NCBI GenBank assembly: GCA_012295275.1
Contig: CM022674.1
Coordinates: 8,804,001-8,868,000 of the forward strand
Direction: 5' to 3'
Length of the DNA: 64,000 nt
Source of the DNA: Chrysomallon squamiferum
Taxonomy: Eukaryota; Animalia; Mollusca
Shown: positions 25,569-40,224 of the stretch, one piece after another
How positions within the stretch are numbered: position 1 is the first letter of the stretch
Layout: each line of letters opens with the position of its first letter
Notes under the pieces: model-generated
Database searches by the model: none
Seen by the model: the letters and a program-made list of their open reading frames with translations, nothing else
What the model was told of the DNA's origin: nothing
Translations under genes and position numbers: made by a program

Positions 25569-26558
25569 TTGCTTTAAAAATACCTAATAATATGAAATGC
25601 TAATGAAAATCAAAGGTTTTAACTCACCGCTTTCGACACAGGTATTGATTTCATTGTAACCTATACATTAAACAAAATAGTTTTCAAATAACAACAATTT
25701 ATTTGTTATTTTTAAGCTTTAAACACGCAAAAAATAATGTAATAACTTTGAACAATAACAATAATTTATCGAAGTAAAAAGATCGAAAAAACTATGTTTT
25801 TGGTAATACCCGAAAATACATAAATTTTCAAGTTATCATTACGAGAAACATTCAGTTCTTATAGATGAGTTTGATTTCACATAATTAGTTCTTATGGTAT
25901 GATTAAATTGTTTTATAACATACTACCCCACAGGGAGAGTTAGTTGCCTTAGAGAATTATTAAGTTTATCACAAGTTTCAAAATCTACATATCGTGGATA
26001 ACACAAGCTATAATTCGTTCTGTAGAGAAAAACAATATTTATTTATTTACTTGATTACTAGTATTACTACTACTACTATTTCTACATTCTATTATCATAA
26101 TCATTATAATTATTATTTGATGTGGTTAACGGAATATTACCGTATAGCAAATTTGTATTAAAAAAAAATAAAAAAAATCTTAATTTGGTTTGATCATATA
26201 TTATGTCAATGTATAAATAAAATAAAATAATATAAAAAATATGTTTTTCGTCAGCATGGTCTGAACGAATGAGATAACGGGACGTTAGAGAAAAATTTGA
26301 TAAATATAGAATTTTTAAAGAATCTTCTAGAATTTAACTGTTGGATCATACTTTAAAATGATTACGAGTATTTCATTTCAATATTGTTTTCATATTAATA
26401 TTTGCCAGGGAGAATCTGTATGTTTTATTTTTCTGAATTTGAAAGCGAGAAGAGTTATCACACAATTCAACTTTAGCAGACGACAGCGTGATCCTAATCA
26501 GACGGTCTAAGGGCGGATAACTTAGACGCTAAATCACAAAGTGATTAATAGGTTAGAG

Positions 26559-26726
26559 CAGAGATTTTCAAACCGGTATGCGTACTTGTGCGAGTATTGG
26601 AGGAATCACCAGGGGGGACGCGATCTAAATTTTGTTAACGGTGGGTGCAACAAGTAAAAACAATATTGGTACAGAAGACCACTTCAACAAAAATAATCAT
26701 CTTCGGCCGACCTTGGAAAATGACTG
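26559..26726. mobile_element. Decayed hAT (Buster/Charlie-like) non-autonomous element
   Basis: Starts CAGAGATTTTCAAACCGG followed by GTATGCGTAC...GGGGGGACGCG, a pattern typical of hAT MITE left ends. The right end TTGGAAAATGACTG is an 11/14 inverse match. No intact 8 bp TSD. Confidence 0.45.
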
Positions 26727-27099
26727 AACTTTAAAAAATATTTAAAAATTCAAATATTGATCACATATTTAACTGTACAAATATCGATCACATATTTAAC
26801 TGACATACTGAAGCTGCTCTGACCCCATTTTAGGTAACAGATATAGAACACCAAGGTATTAATCTCCACCTGGACAGTTAGAAATAACTGAAACATTCTA
26901 GACCAGACGACAGGTAATAATCTAACTGGTAGAACATAATACTGTTTATTACTACTGACAGTTTATCACTCTTTAAAAAACATACCACAAAACATACATT
27001 TTTATATGTATGTGTGTATGTTTTGTGTTTTTTAAATATGTATGTGTGTGTATATGTGTGTTTGTCTGTGTGTATATGTGTGTTGTGTGTGTTTGTATG

Positions 27100-27103
<4 letters not shown>

Positions 27104-27138
<35 letters not shown>
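27104..27138. repeat. (TA)n microsatellite within TG-rich low-complexity DNA
   Basis: Directly visible. Confidence 0.9.
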
Positions 27139-27145
<7 letters not shown>

Positions 27146-27387
27146 TAATGCTGTTGTTTTGTGGGATTGTTGTGGTACTATTTCACTTTTCTTCTTTTTT
27201 TTAGTATCAAGAAGTTCATGCAACAATAACTGTAGACACCAGTGGATAATATATATATATATATGTGTGGTTTTTGTCAGTGCGTGTGCATGTGTGTATT
27301 AAGCTGTTTTGATTCCGTCAAGTCAATATTTATTTCATCTTATTATTTCATAATAAATATCACAATTATATAATAATACCTCCATAC

Positions 27388-27425
<38 letters not shown>

Positions 27426-27878
27426 GATCAGCTTACAAACAATATTTCTGATCAAGTTAAATCATAAATAACTAGTGGCTAGATTTTGTTAAGCTCGAAA
27501 TGGAAAGTGAGGTTATTTGATTTTAATAAAAATCCTAAAAGGCTGAGTACACATACATTTTTGTGATGATGCGAAATGTATTTATTTATTTATTTATTTA
27601 TTTTTTTTTTCAGTTTGCATGACAAACATTTACATGTAATGTGGAGATTATTTTACTTGGTCATAGCATTCTTTTCCAGTCAGTTACTCTGTTTAAATGA
27701 AATATAATAAAAACGTGTACTATGTCGATACCATATTGTATAACAACTAATTATAATAATATGTCAATAAAAAAAAGGTATGAGAGCGTGTATTTGTGTG
27801 GATGTAGGGTATTTGTGCATGTGCATTTATATGTATGTATATGTATAGGGTATAAAATATATTTTAATGCATATGGGA

Positions 27879-27880
<2 letters not shown>

Positions 27881-27918
<38 letters not shown>
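27881..27918. repeat. (TG)n microsatellite
   Basis: Directly visible. Confidence 0.9.
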
Positions 27919-27922
<4 letters not shown>

Positions 27923-29387
27923 ACCTGTGCATGTGTGTATGTTGCATATGTTCAAGTTACCTTTGAGGGCATATGAAAGTTCACAAAGTGGTTATTACAA
28001 AAATACAAGTATTTAGGGAAAGATAATGATGTACTCTACAAACTGATAGCTACTTTCTCTCTCACATTTTTTTAATCCATCTCATACGAAGCATTTAACA
28101 AACCAGGGTATCAGCTGGAATATGATATAGCCAAATTGGAGATTTGGAAGGAAACTATCCTATAATCAATCATATCTCAGTTCAGTTCTCAGATCTATAT
28201 AACTTACTCATTATTGCTACTTTCAACTGTGGTAATAATATACATCAATACAGAAACACATTTTCTATTATTACTTAAATTTACCCCAAGTAGGTACATT
28301 ATTTTTAGAGCTATTTGTTTTAAGACTCTCTCGATTTTGTTTTAAAAAGAAAGGAACAAAATAGTTAAAAGTTACTTTTTATGTTAATCCTGCACAGATT
28401 TTATATATATATATATATATATATAAAACTACCTTTCTAGAAAAAGAAATAAGAGAGACAAGGTTGTCTTGCAAGAGTGGTTTCCATTAACAACCAGAAG
28501 TCAGGCTGGCAGACTTTTTTCACTTCTATATTTTTTTTCCTGTGGTTTGGTCCATATTTCTCAAGTTGATAGCTTCTAAATCTGCATGCTGCTGCCTGCT
28601 ATTTCTGAGAGATTCTAGCACACATCTAGTGTCACTACTGAGACATTCTGATTCTGGTTTCTTCCTGGAATTATTACATAGTCTTTACCAGAACTAAATA
28701 CAGAATTGCGACATCAATTTTTACAATGAGTTACGGTATGTTATATTGTTTTTTTTTTAGTTAAATAATTATATTAGCATAATTAGGTTTATTTTAAACA
28801 TTCATTTTGTTCATATTTGGGGTGTTAGCCTGATTTATAGTTTATTATATTGCTGCTATTTTTACTATTACTGTTACTATTATTATTATTATTATTATTA
28901 AAATAATTTATATTAGCATAATTATAATTTTCGTTAAACAATAATTCTATTCATATGTAAGGGTTTGCCATAAATTATCTATAACACTTTATTTGATTTT
29001 ATAGAAGAGAATTTTAGTATTATCTATTTCTTCCTTCAAACTGAATTCATTATAAAAAGTATAGGATTATGTTCATAATTAAAGAATATAACTTTAATTG
29101 ATTTATGTTCTGAAACTTTTGAAACTGTTTAACAGTTAAATTTCAGTATGATTAATCACATAAAGTTTGAAATATGTATTTGTGAATGAATGAATTTTTA
29201 CTTTTAAAGTTTTCTTTTTAACTTTTTCCCTGTTCATATTATTATATCTTTAAAAAGGTATCTTTATAAACAAGTTGTGTATCTCAGATGTGATATTTAT
29301 TTTTACATAATTAATTTTAACTTAAAAAAAAAATCTGGTTGTTTTAATCAGTTATATATATATATATATATATACATATATATCAGG

Positions 29388-29423
<36 letters not shown>

Positions 29424-29777
29424 TATAATGATAATGATACATGAGAAATATTTCATTTTTTTAAAATATCCATTTAATTTATTTAATGTGTGTTAATCTG
29501 GGAGTAACGATGTTCAGATTTAAAGAGACAATGTAGGTTTCAGTGTAGACAAGTTGTGGTCTCTGGCAGGTCAAACTGTTTAGTTACTCTATCAATGGGA
29601 TCAGTAGAACATAATAATCTTTCATTAGAAGCTTTGTTACACATTCTTTTGTCAATTATATTTACCTGTATTTGACTCTATACACAATACACAAGAACAC
29701 AAATGCATGCTTATATACACACTTATATGCACCACACATACATAATATTATTACATACAGTAAAATAAGGTTTGTAC

Positions 29778-29925
29778 ACAGGGCTGGCCCTAGAAGCTTT
29801 TGGTCCCTGGCATTTTAATATCAGTTGTGAAAATTGACTTTGTAAAAAAATTTCACAGTTTAATTTGAAAATGTTAAACATTAATAATGAGAAAAGTACA
29901 CTGGGGCAACTGCCCAAGTTGCTGG
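29778..29925. mobile_element. Decayed MITE remnant
   Basis: CAGGGCTGGCCCTAG start (CpG-decayed CAGGGCCGGCCCTAG) and internal mini-palindrome GGGCAACTGCCC, both common in animal MITEs; the second terminus is missing. Confidence 0.35.
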
Positions 29926-30466
29926 TACTACACACACACACACAAAGAACTTGAAATAAACATACAATCATGCACACAAAGAGAGGAATATATAAATTAA
30001 GTTCATTAATCAGAAAAGAACACGGTTTTACTTTTTCTGTTACTATTTTTACAGATAATTTTTAATGGCAAATAGCAGATGTAATGTCACAAATTAAACT
30101 CAACTAAACTTTGCAGTGTTCATACAAATAATTCAAGTAGAGTATTTTTTTTAAAATATTTACTTAACTGGAGAGAAAAAGCACTCATTTGTGGCAGACA
30201 ATTAAAAGCAGCAATGGCTGAACTGATAGAAATCCATCTGTTAATTGTTTAGATCTCACACCTGCATTTTTTTTTTTTTTTTTTTTTTCTTTCAGAGTCC
30301 GTCCAAACTGTGCTAATAATGTAATTATCTTCCTTGTTCTGGTCAGTTAACATTCAAACATGTTGAGGCAGCCATCTCACCTGTCTTATCTATCATCATA
30401 AAACAGAAGTAGTATGAAAAGACAGAGTATCAGTTTCATTTATATGTATGTATGTATATGTGTATC

Positions 30467-30514
<48 letters not shown>

Positions 30515-33500
30515 TACATACATGTAGATAGATGGGTGGACAGAGAGATATATTAGATAAAAGAAAGTATAGTGATGAAACTCTCTGCTTGTGAGTTCAG
30601 AAAACTATTTTTTACTAGTAGTTGCCATACAGAAGGAAAACATGCACACTCTAATGTGTTTTTGGAATTTTTACTGCAAAGAGCATCAAATATAGTGTAT
30701 GGGCACTAAATAAATGCATATATTACTACTACTACTACTGTTATTATTATTATTATTTTCACACACTTTTCAGATGGGACAGAAGTAACAAAAATTAGGT
30801 TGACAGTTATAATATGATTCCATTGCCTTTTGTTGATATAAAGAAAGTACTGAAGGTTTTACTGAAAGTACTGAACTTAATTTATGTATTCCTCTACTGT
30901 ATAAATGAATGTATATGTGACACTGAACTACTCTGATATACATTTTTACTCACTGTATTTAGCTTTTACTTAGTTAATACAGGCCCAATAAGACACATCT
31001 GGAACAAGTTTTTTTTCCATTTCACTGGAATGTTTACTCCTTTACTTGAGTGTAATAGTATTGTATGTTCTTATTACTCAGAATGAACTGAGAAATGTGT
31101 TCTCTATATCATTACTCAGCAAAACACTTTATAAATGTTGTCATTAACAGCCATTTAGATTTCTCATCATCTGACAGGTTGAAGATTTTATTTTTTATTA
31201 CATGAAGAATTCAGTATTAGTACATCAAATAGATTAACTTTATGTAATGTGTTTATTTTTAATGGTTTTATTTTTATAAATGCCTTCGTTTTTCTGCATT
31301 ATTATTATTTTTTATTTTTTCTGTTACAGAAAATGAGAAAGAGTGTGGTTATGGGCACGCTTTGTTTCTTTGCATTTGTATTATGTGAAATTATACTATG
31401 AATGCTGACCTACATTATTATAACATATCTATGTGGTTGTATACATTCTTCTGTATTTTGTCATATTATATCTCCATGAGAATATATTTTGTGTCTGTAT
31501 TTGTTGTGTGTTTATATTGTGGTGTGTGTGCAGCTGTGTAGGTGGGTGTTTTTCTTTTATTCAGGTAAACCAGTGTGTTTGCTATTTTTCTGAATGTTGT
31601 AACAGTAATATACATAGACTGTGATTGCCCAGATGGCTGCCAGAAAGCTAAGCCAATTAGTATTTCAGTTAAAACTAGATATTCTTTGTCTATGTTTATA
31701 CACTTTCTCCTGAAGTGTAGGCAAAATTGGCATTTCCTGAAATAAAAAGTTATAAACCACTGAATGCTTTTCTCAGTCAAATTTAAATGAATTGCTGCTG
31801 TTTCGCTTGTATCTCCACAAAAACTGTTCCCAGGATTTTATCCCCCCACACATATTTTAACAGCTGTTTTGGGTAAGAACTAGGTCTGTAAGTCAGGGTT
31901 TAGAATTTCCTGGATTGCATTCTTTAAATTTTAACTACACTGTGACATAAATAAGATATTTTAATAGAGTGCCTATCCTTTACCATTTTCAAAATGTTTA
32001 CAATTTTTGTTTCAAAATATGTGCCACAATATTATCTTTTTTCATTATTTTTATTATCTTTATGAAGTTGAAACTGAAAACATATTTCCTTTTCTGTAAT
32101 ACTGATAGAATAATAAAATTATAGTAACAGTACATATTTATTTTCAATATTGTTTGAGAAACTTACAATTGCCTAGTTTCATGGATTCATTATGCTAAAC
32201 GCTTGGTTTGGTAATTTCCTTTCTTGTCATGGCTGATTTGTCAAAAATAGTTATTAATGAATTTGAAAAACATAAAAAAAATAATTCAAGAAATATGGAA
32301 ACTTCACTCCAAAATAAGTAACCAGTGACGTTCATATCATATTTTAATTTTTATTTATTTATTTTATTTTTATTTTATTATTATTATTTTTTTTTTTTTT
32401 TTCAGTTTTTATTCAATAAATCATTGTTTCGGAAATGTTCAATTCAGTGAATTTATGAAATGTCTCTTAATTTTTGGGTTTTATTAAAAACAACATTAAT
32501 AATTAAATTTTGATTATTTATTATTGTTAAAATATTAACGAAACAGAGTAACTCGAAGTTCTACAGTAATGTCTAACAAGGTTACTACAGGTCGACGTTG
32601 TTTTTGAAGGCAGCTCTCCACAGGCGGGAATTACGCTGCCTCTTCACTCTTTTCACTACGCCTATTGAAAATAGTTTCATGTCAGTCCTGATAGAACAGA
32701 AATAAATATATGCTGTATTTGTTTTTGAACTAGGGTTAAATTAGTAAAATTTTAAACTTGTCAATAGCAGTATATTGCGATCGGCTTAAAAAGCTATTTA
32801 ATGATGTTAAATCCACAATCACATGCTACCAAAATTTTATATTTTAATTTATTCATTATAATTATAATTGTCATAAATAAATAAATACATTTTCCGAATA
32901 ACCAGTCTGGTTAGGTTTTTCAAGTCAGAAGTCAACTACAAGGATTGTGTTTTATCAGTTTCTGACATACAGCGTTATCAGAATCATCTGAGCTATAAGT
33001 AGAAATGTAAATATAGATAGAGATATAACTTTCATCTGGCATTTCATTCAGAAATATTGCAGAAAATACAGCACCAAGAAAAAACCACACAAAAAAACCC
33101 AACAACAACAATGGTATGGTATGTTATAAAATAAGGTTCTTACCCACCAAACACACGTAAAAATATTACGTTCTAAAAATAATATACACAAGTATGAACA
33201 CAATATATTTGGAGTAGTAGAATAATGTCATTTAAATTCAAACAATTTTTTTTTTTTATTATTTCTAAATTAAAAAACACAAGTATGTCCATGCAAAAAT
33301 TTATAAAGCATTGAGGTCAGAAAGAACAGGTCTGTAGGACGTGTAAAAGTGTAAATGTTAGCATTGTCTGAGTTATATTAACATGTACAGCTCTGGATCA
33401 CAGAAATAGCTGTACCTTTGTCAGCCCTTGAGAATGTCAAACAAGCTTTGTGACTCTAAAGTTTAATCCCTGAAAGCTACAAGCACTTTATGGATGTGAG

Positions 33501-35976
33501 GAAAATTTAGGGAATGGTGATAGAAAGTAAGCTCTAGCATTACATTTTTATATTTTACATTTTTCTATTTTGATTAAATTTTAATGTTAAAAAACAAAAT
33601 GTTGACTGATTTTTAATAGTTTTTAAGCCAAAGTATTGTTTAATCCATATATTCATATATTCAAAACTGTGTATAAGTGTGTGTGTGTAATGTATATATG
33701 TATGTATTTATGTATATTTGCAATTTAATGCATGAAAATTAATTTACTTCATCCTAAAACCAATCTGTATTATTCATTAACATAACAAAATAATTAGTTT
33801 TAATATAATACTATATATTTTAGTAATAGTAGAAATACTATGTTACTGTCATGACTGAAGAACAAAATATTTATTTAAATTTGTTATCTAAGCATATTTT
33901 TGACATGTTTACTGCACTGAATGGCAGACTGTACAGCTGTTGAGACTATTAACACTGAGCATCTCATTCACACAGTAACCTAAAACAACAGTGAATACCT
34001 TTCATATTCACATAACAAGAGGAATTCTTGTTTTTCCAAGCCTAACATATGGTACACTCTAACACAAGTAAATGTTCACATATCTACATACAACATAGTC
34101 ATTAATACATACACATTTTACTTACATTGATTACAGATTAATATAACTGTTATCAGACACTTTCATAAAATTATCTCAAGTATGTGCTTGTAATTTTTAT
34201 TTTACAGATTTGATATTCATAGCAGTTTGGATAGATGAGTTTCTCTCTAAAAAATACACTAGTGAAAGACAGAGCTTAGCAAGTTGTACTTTCTCAAAAT
34301 ATCTTGATAAACTTGGCATTTACTTAAGAATGTTTGATAAGACAAACTGAATTAAAAGTGTTTGAGATAAAAGCTGCAGCTCTGACTTGATTCAACAGAT
34401 AAATAAAAAATATCACAAACAACAACAAACAAAAAATATATAAATATATATATATATATATAAAGAAGAGGTTAAAAAAAAACAACCTGACAACATAATA
34501 ATAATAAATAAATTAATTTAAAAACCCCCAATAAAATGTAAAGATTTTTCCAAAGCACATCAACTCTTTTGTTATTAGAGGTCAGACATTACAAAGGACA
34601 GATCTAAAATGTTTCAGTTTTAGCAGTCAGCCTTCTTTTACAAGCATGTTCCCACAGACAGGAAATTAAAAATCATGACAATTATGGAGCAGTTGTTTAA
34701 CTTTGAATAAAATAATTTGTTCATACTTGTTATAGTTTAATTGTCTTTTATATCTTAATGCTAAAAACTATAATGTTACTCAGTATTAAAATAAATGTAG
34801 TCTAAACAAATAATCCATCTGTGTGCATGTTTTCAAAGAGTTACAGGTTTAATTAACTTTTTGAAAATATTCCACATTGCTTTGTCAGATTAATTTTGTA
34901 TTAACAATGACAGAAAATGTAATTAGTCAGTTCTCTCATTCTGTCTGTATTGTCACTCACAGATTTTCAATAAACTAATTGACAGACACTAGTTCACTAT
35001 ACATTATTAAACAAGATAATCTGCTGCTGCTGTCTTTGTTCTGTGAGACAGAAGGTTACTGAAAGACATTTACGACATTTACTGTTAACATTCTGTCAAC
35101 CATGTTGTAGAATTATCTCAGTGAGTTTATTTTTAGTACATTTATATATTTCATTATTACTATTATAATTATTTATATCTTATGTGTTGTCTTATATAAC
35201 CATATGTCTGATAAAGTATAATTGTTAAAATATAATAAATAAGCTTTAACAGTTTTTTGTATATCAAAAAAGTATAATTATATACTGGAACTAATTTAAT
35301 TAATTTTGTTCCTATTTATTTATTTATTTAAATATTTAGTTTTTAAAGTTTTGTTTGTTTAAAAAATATACATGATTATTTTTACTATTATTTTTGTTTT
35401 AGAGGTGATTTATCATATTACATTTTTGTTTATTGGTCTAAAAGAAAAAAAACAGGTTGTCATTAACCTTACAATCAATCTTACATTCTTACTAATGCTG
35501 TTATTTTTCTTATATTGTTGGTTGTTAATCTGCATTATTATTGTTCGTTATATTTGTAGTTCTCTTTCATGTTGTTGTTGATTATATTTCCAAAACTAAA
35601 GCACTTGCTAAATCATTAATGTTCTTTGGTTTTTTTTCCCCCCTTTAATACAAACTGGACATGTATTTGGAATGAAACTACATGGAAAGTCATCAGTAAT
35701 TGCATTCATGACTGAGATTTTTAACAAGATTTAAATCAATAGAAAGTGAAATATAATCTTACTTCATTCTGTGTGAGATGTCTGATTGTCACTTTTCTTT
35801 ATCCATGCCCACAATGCCTTTTGTTTTGAAAATGTGTACAAGGCATACACAGACATAGTGAGGTATGGACTGTAACTTTACTCATGGATTAGAAGGATTA
35901 GAGTCATGCTGATGACAATGAGCACTGAAAACATTGCAAGCGGTCCTCACTGCTTCCGAGAATTCTCAACACTTTG

Positions 35977-36252
35977 CTGTTTTCACACAGTGACATAGCT
36001 ACGTTTGATTAGTACTGTTTTCACACAGTGACATAGCTACGTTTGATTGGTACTGTTTTCAGACAGTGACATAGCTACGTTTGATTGGTACTGTTTTCAC
36101 ACAGTGACATAGCTACGTTTGATTGGTACTGTTTTCACACAGTGACATAGCTACGTTTGATTGGTACTGTTTTCACACAGTGACACAGCTACGTTTGATT
36201 AGTACTGTTTTCACACAGTGACACAGCTCTGTGTGATTAACACTGTTTTCTC
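35977..36252. repeat. 38 bp minisatellite, about 7 copies
   Basis: Unit CTGTTTTCACACAGTGACATAGCTACGTTTGATT(G/A)GTA starting at 35977, 36015, 36053, 36091, 36129, 36167, 36205; head-to-tail, no spacers. Confidence 0.95.
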
Positions 36253-39200
36253 ACTTGTTTGTGATTAATAATTAATATTTTTTAAAACAAATCTGTGATT
36301 CTTACAGGATTTCTAAAATGAAATAATAGTGTGAGATTCAACTGTGATTCAGTGTAAGAGGTATTTTATTTAATTTTAAATGACATCTGATTTAGTTAAA
36401 CAACAAAACTGATTAAGAAAAGTTAAGAATGATGTGATTTGTTTAGAAATATGATTTAATGATTCAATAATCAACATTGATCATGGTCAGATTAACAAAG
36501 AGCACTGGATAGTAAAAGCTAGAAACATGAATTGAGTAATAGGTTGTAACAGAGAGGCATTCTGAAAGGTAGGTAACAAAGTCATTCAGTTCTACACAAT
36601 ATTCAAATATATATATATATATGTATGTATAATAGTGACAGTAAATATTTAAAAAATAATAATAAACACCATCACCACTAAAACCAAATATTATGGACAT
36701 TAATTTGCCAATTTCTTAAAAGATATAATGTTGAGATTGCTATATATTTGAAAAAAACACAGTTACCACCAGTAATAACATTATTAACTTAGCTGTTATA
36801 TCCATAATCAGTGCTATTACAACATAATAATTATTTGTGCCATTAGTACAGCTATGACACATTTCTGTATCACCTGTGTATTTACAGTGTCACTGCTTTC
36901 ATCCCCAGTGCTGTTTCTACTGTTACTGTAACACAGTGTTTCTATTACAGCTAATGTAAGTAATACTATAACTGGCTAAAACAATTACTGCTTATAAATT
37001 ATTTCATTATCTAATGAATAATACTGACTGATTATAAGATGATGTAAATTTCGACACAGAAATATTCTGCTTAGACAATACCTTTTCTTCCTTTTTTTCA
37101 ATTTATTAAAAATAATACCAATCTTTAAAAAAATACTTCAGAAGTTGAAAAAAATAAAATAAAGATAAATAATAAAAAACATTTTCATTTAATTATTTGG
37201 AAAGTCACATAATTTAGTGTGTAAATCATACATACATGGATCTGTTTACATTACCAGCAAATTAATAGTTCTGCATGTTTGTGAATACTTTTACAAGCTT
37301 TAAAAACCCTTCAAATATTTGTGTAATATGTAGTTCAGTAAACATAATAAAAGTCTCTGTTGCTAATAAACAATAATGAAAAAACAATAGTATCTTTTAA
37401 TCAGTATTTTATCTGTTATCCTTTCTGCAATCTAGCCACAGATATGAAATGTGCTTTACATCATTACATAATGCATTACTTCCTATAAGTACTTGTTTAA
37501 CTGTCTGGGAAGAGCTTGTTACTTGACTGTTATATATTGATAGGATTTATTAATTTGATCCTCTTTCATTACAAATTCTGATTTTTGTGGTATCCATGAC
37601 TTAAAGAACATCTGGGGTAAATTATCAACTGAGTTTTGTTTTTGAAGTTTTTAATGGTTGTTAAACAAACACATATGATGGGCCAGTAGTACACTGAAAA
37701 ACATCTTGAAAGCATCAAGTATGTAATAAAAATGGCCACTTAATTATCAGGTTTACTTATGTTGAGGTTTTTATGTAAATCTATTTGTTTTCTGTCTCAG
37801 TTTATTGAAGTAAAAACACTCAGGCATGCAGCCTAACAACTTAATTCTTTTACAGCCATGAACACAGCTAAACTGTACAAACAGTTTTCTGAATTTTCCT
37901 CTAAGTTGCACACATATGTTTCTGTTGACTTGTGTGTACTCCCAGCTCAGATTTAAACTGGCATCTGGGGAGTAAAAAACATCAACTTTGAAAGCTAAGT
38001 TGTTAAACATCTACAATAAACATCCTAGAACAGAATCCAGTTTTCATTCATGTCCAGGGTTATGGAGTCAGTTTAGAAAACAACAACAACAAAAAAAAAA
38101 AAAACCTCTTTGAACCTACTGCACTCACATGTTATTGTATTGTAATCATTTATACACAATCATGATTAAACTCATTTTTTTTAAAGTTTGTTTTATTCAT
38201 CATCATCATCAGTGTTGTTATTACAGCTATTGCAGTTATTATTATACCTGTTATTGTTGTTATTATTACTGAGGTGTTTAGTACAAATACATAATCTATT
38301 ATTTTTATCAGTTTTATTAAATTTCAAGCCTTTTATTTTTTACATAATCAAATTGTATTTGTTGCAAAAGATACCTATATAAAAATATAATTTATAACAG
38401 GTGAGAATTATTTGTAACACAATGTTTTTGTAAGATGTGTAAATGTGATATTTAATATTTACATGACCTAATTCAATATGATGTTTTTCAAAAAAAAAAA
38501 AAAAAAAAATGTGTACTATTATGCTAAAACAGGTTCAAATAATAGTGACAGTTGAAATGTTCATATTAATCTTTTTTGTAAATGATTTATTTATTTTTGG
38601 TCAGATTTTAATATTAAATAATTTCCATTTATTTCCCAATCTCTCAGAAAATCTTCTTGTTGAAATTTTTAAAAATAATTCATTTGAACTCTATAGGTTT
38701 GTTGATGACTGATGATTTGGTTACTTTGTTGTATTGTGTAGTTTGTGAATTATAAGGTAGAGAAAGTTTTGGGTTATTTCTATTATTATTATTATTATTA
38801 TTTACATATATGTAATTGAAATGTGGTTTTGTCCAAGTTGGTTATATGTATTATGTCTCATCATGTTAATTTTTAAAAGAATGTAAGTATTTAATTATGA
38901 ATTAACAGCTTTTAATCAATTTTTTTAAATGATGGATCCCATTATCTGTTTAGGTCAGCTGATAAAACCAAGTTAAGTAGCGTTTTTCACCTTGAAAAAT
39001 AACCTAAATGTAGGATTTTTTTCATCAAATTATTATTTTTTTAAATCTTAAATAATATAAGTCCTAGAAAGGTCCCTTGAAAACTTCAACAAAACAAAAC
39101 AGAACAACAACAAAACAAATAATAACCAAAAAAGAAAATATATTTTTATTAGTTTTTATTACGATCTGAAAGAGTTACATATGCAATGTTTTATCTTTTC

Positions 39201-39980
39201 ATGTCTTTCAGTAAGTGATAACATGTTGGTGAAATGTGCCAAGTGAGTAAACACTTCCTTGTTTTAGTAAACACAGAATGTGTGTCATCAGGAACTAAGC
39301 AACAAAGATCTTCATTCAGCAAAATACTGACTGATTATTAATTCAGTGAGAACATTCACCTCCATAATATTTTAAACATTTTTTTAAGAACATTCTTAAT
39401 AAATCAGAGAAGTGATTTTTAAATAATAATGTTTTAGGATTCAAATAAAATATACTGATATTTTTCTCAACACTATTTTTACTAAGTGTATGTATGCAGA
39501 ACAAGGATTACTAAGAAATTAAAATTGAAATTTTTATTAATTGTTTTTTTCTCTCTCTCAGTTCATTTCACAAATCATAGTTCAGAAAATATCCTCATGT
39601 TATTATTATTAATTTTGTTGTTGTTATGTATACAATTACAAAGGAAAGCACATAAAATAATCTTGGATTAATTGGTCATAGGTCAGAAGTTTATAAATAC
39701 TCTTACAACAACACCCTGAAAAGGATTGATCCTCATGTTAAAAACTTTCATTTTAATTGTTTCATGTAGTGTAGGTGAAAGCAATTTAAATAAAATTTGC
39801 TGTAATAAACATGAAATACAGCACTGTATCAAGTGAGCATTGAACTTGAGATATTTTGTATATCCTTATTAATAGGTGAATTAAATAAAAGTAAAATTTG
39901 TTATCAGGTTTTAAACTGAAGAAGTATTATTATTTTCTGATTTTTTAAATTTTAATTTTTTTTGTCCTTTATTTATAATG

Positions 39981-40011
<31 letters not shown>

Positions 40012-40224
40012 GTTTGTTTGTTTCTGTGTGTGTGTGTATGTGTCCATATAATCTTTATAATATAGATTACATATCTATGAAGATGTATGTAATTTTAAAT
40101 GAGTGAATATATTTTATTACTGGTTTATTAAAATTTCAGATTAATAAATCTCATTAATAGTAAGAAAATTAAAACTGGAAAGATGATCATCATTGTTATA
40201 ATAAATTCTGACATCTTGTTTCAG

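Noticed and set aside
27010-27976. Cys/Val/Tyr/Ile-rich short ORFs (similar ones at 31433, 40513, 45052, 48595, 60253)
   Set aside because: Products of TG, TA and TAA microsatellites or TG-rich low-complexity DNA; no coding signal.
28530-28670. Minus-strand open stretch KKPESECLSSDTRCVLESLRNSRQQHADLEAINLRNMDQTTGKKI
   Set aside because: Protein-like composition but short, weak acceptor, no partner exon and no recognisable domain.
35977-36252. CRISPR-like array (38 bp repeats with a small palindrome)
   Set aside because: Units are head-to-tail with no unique spacers, no cas genes, eukaryotic context. The same applies to the 43 bp and 32 bp arrays.
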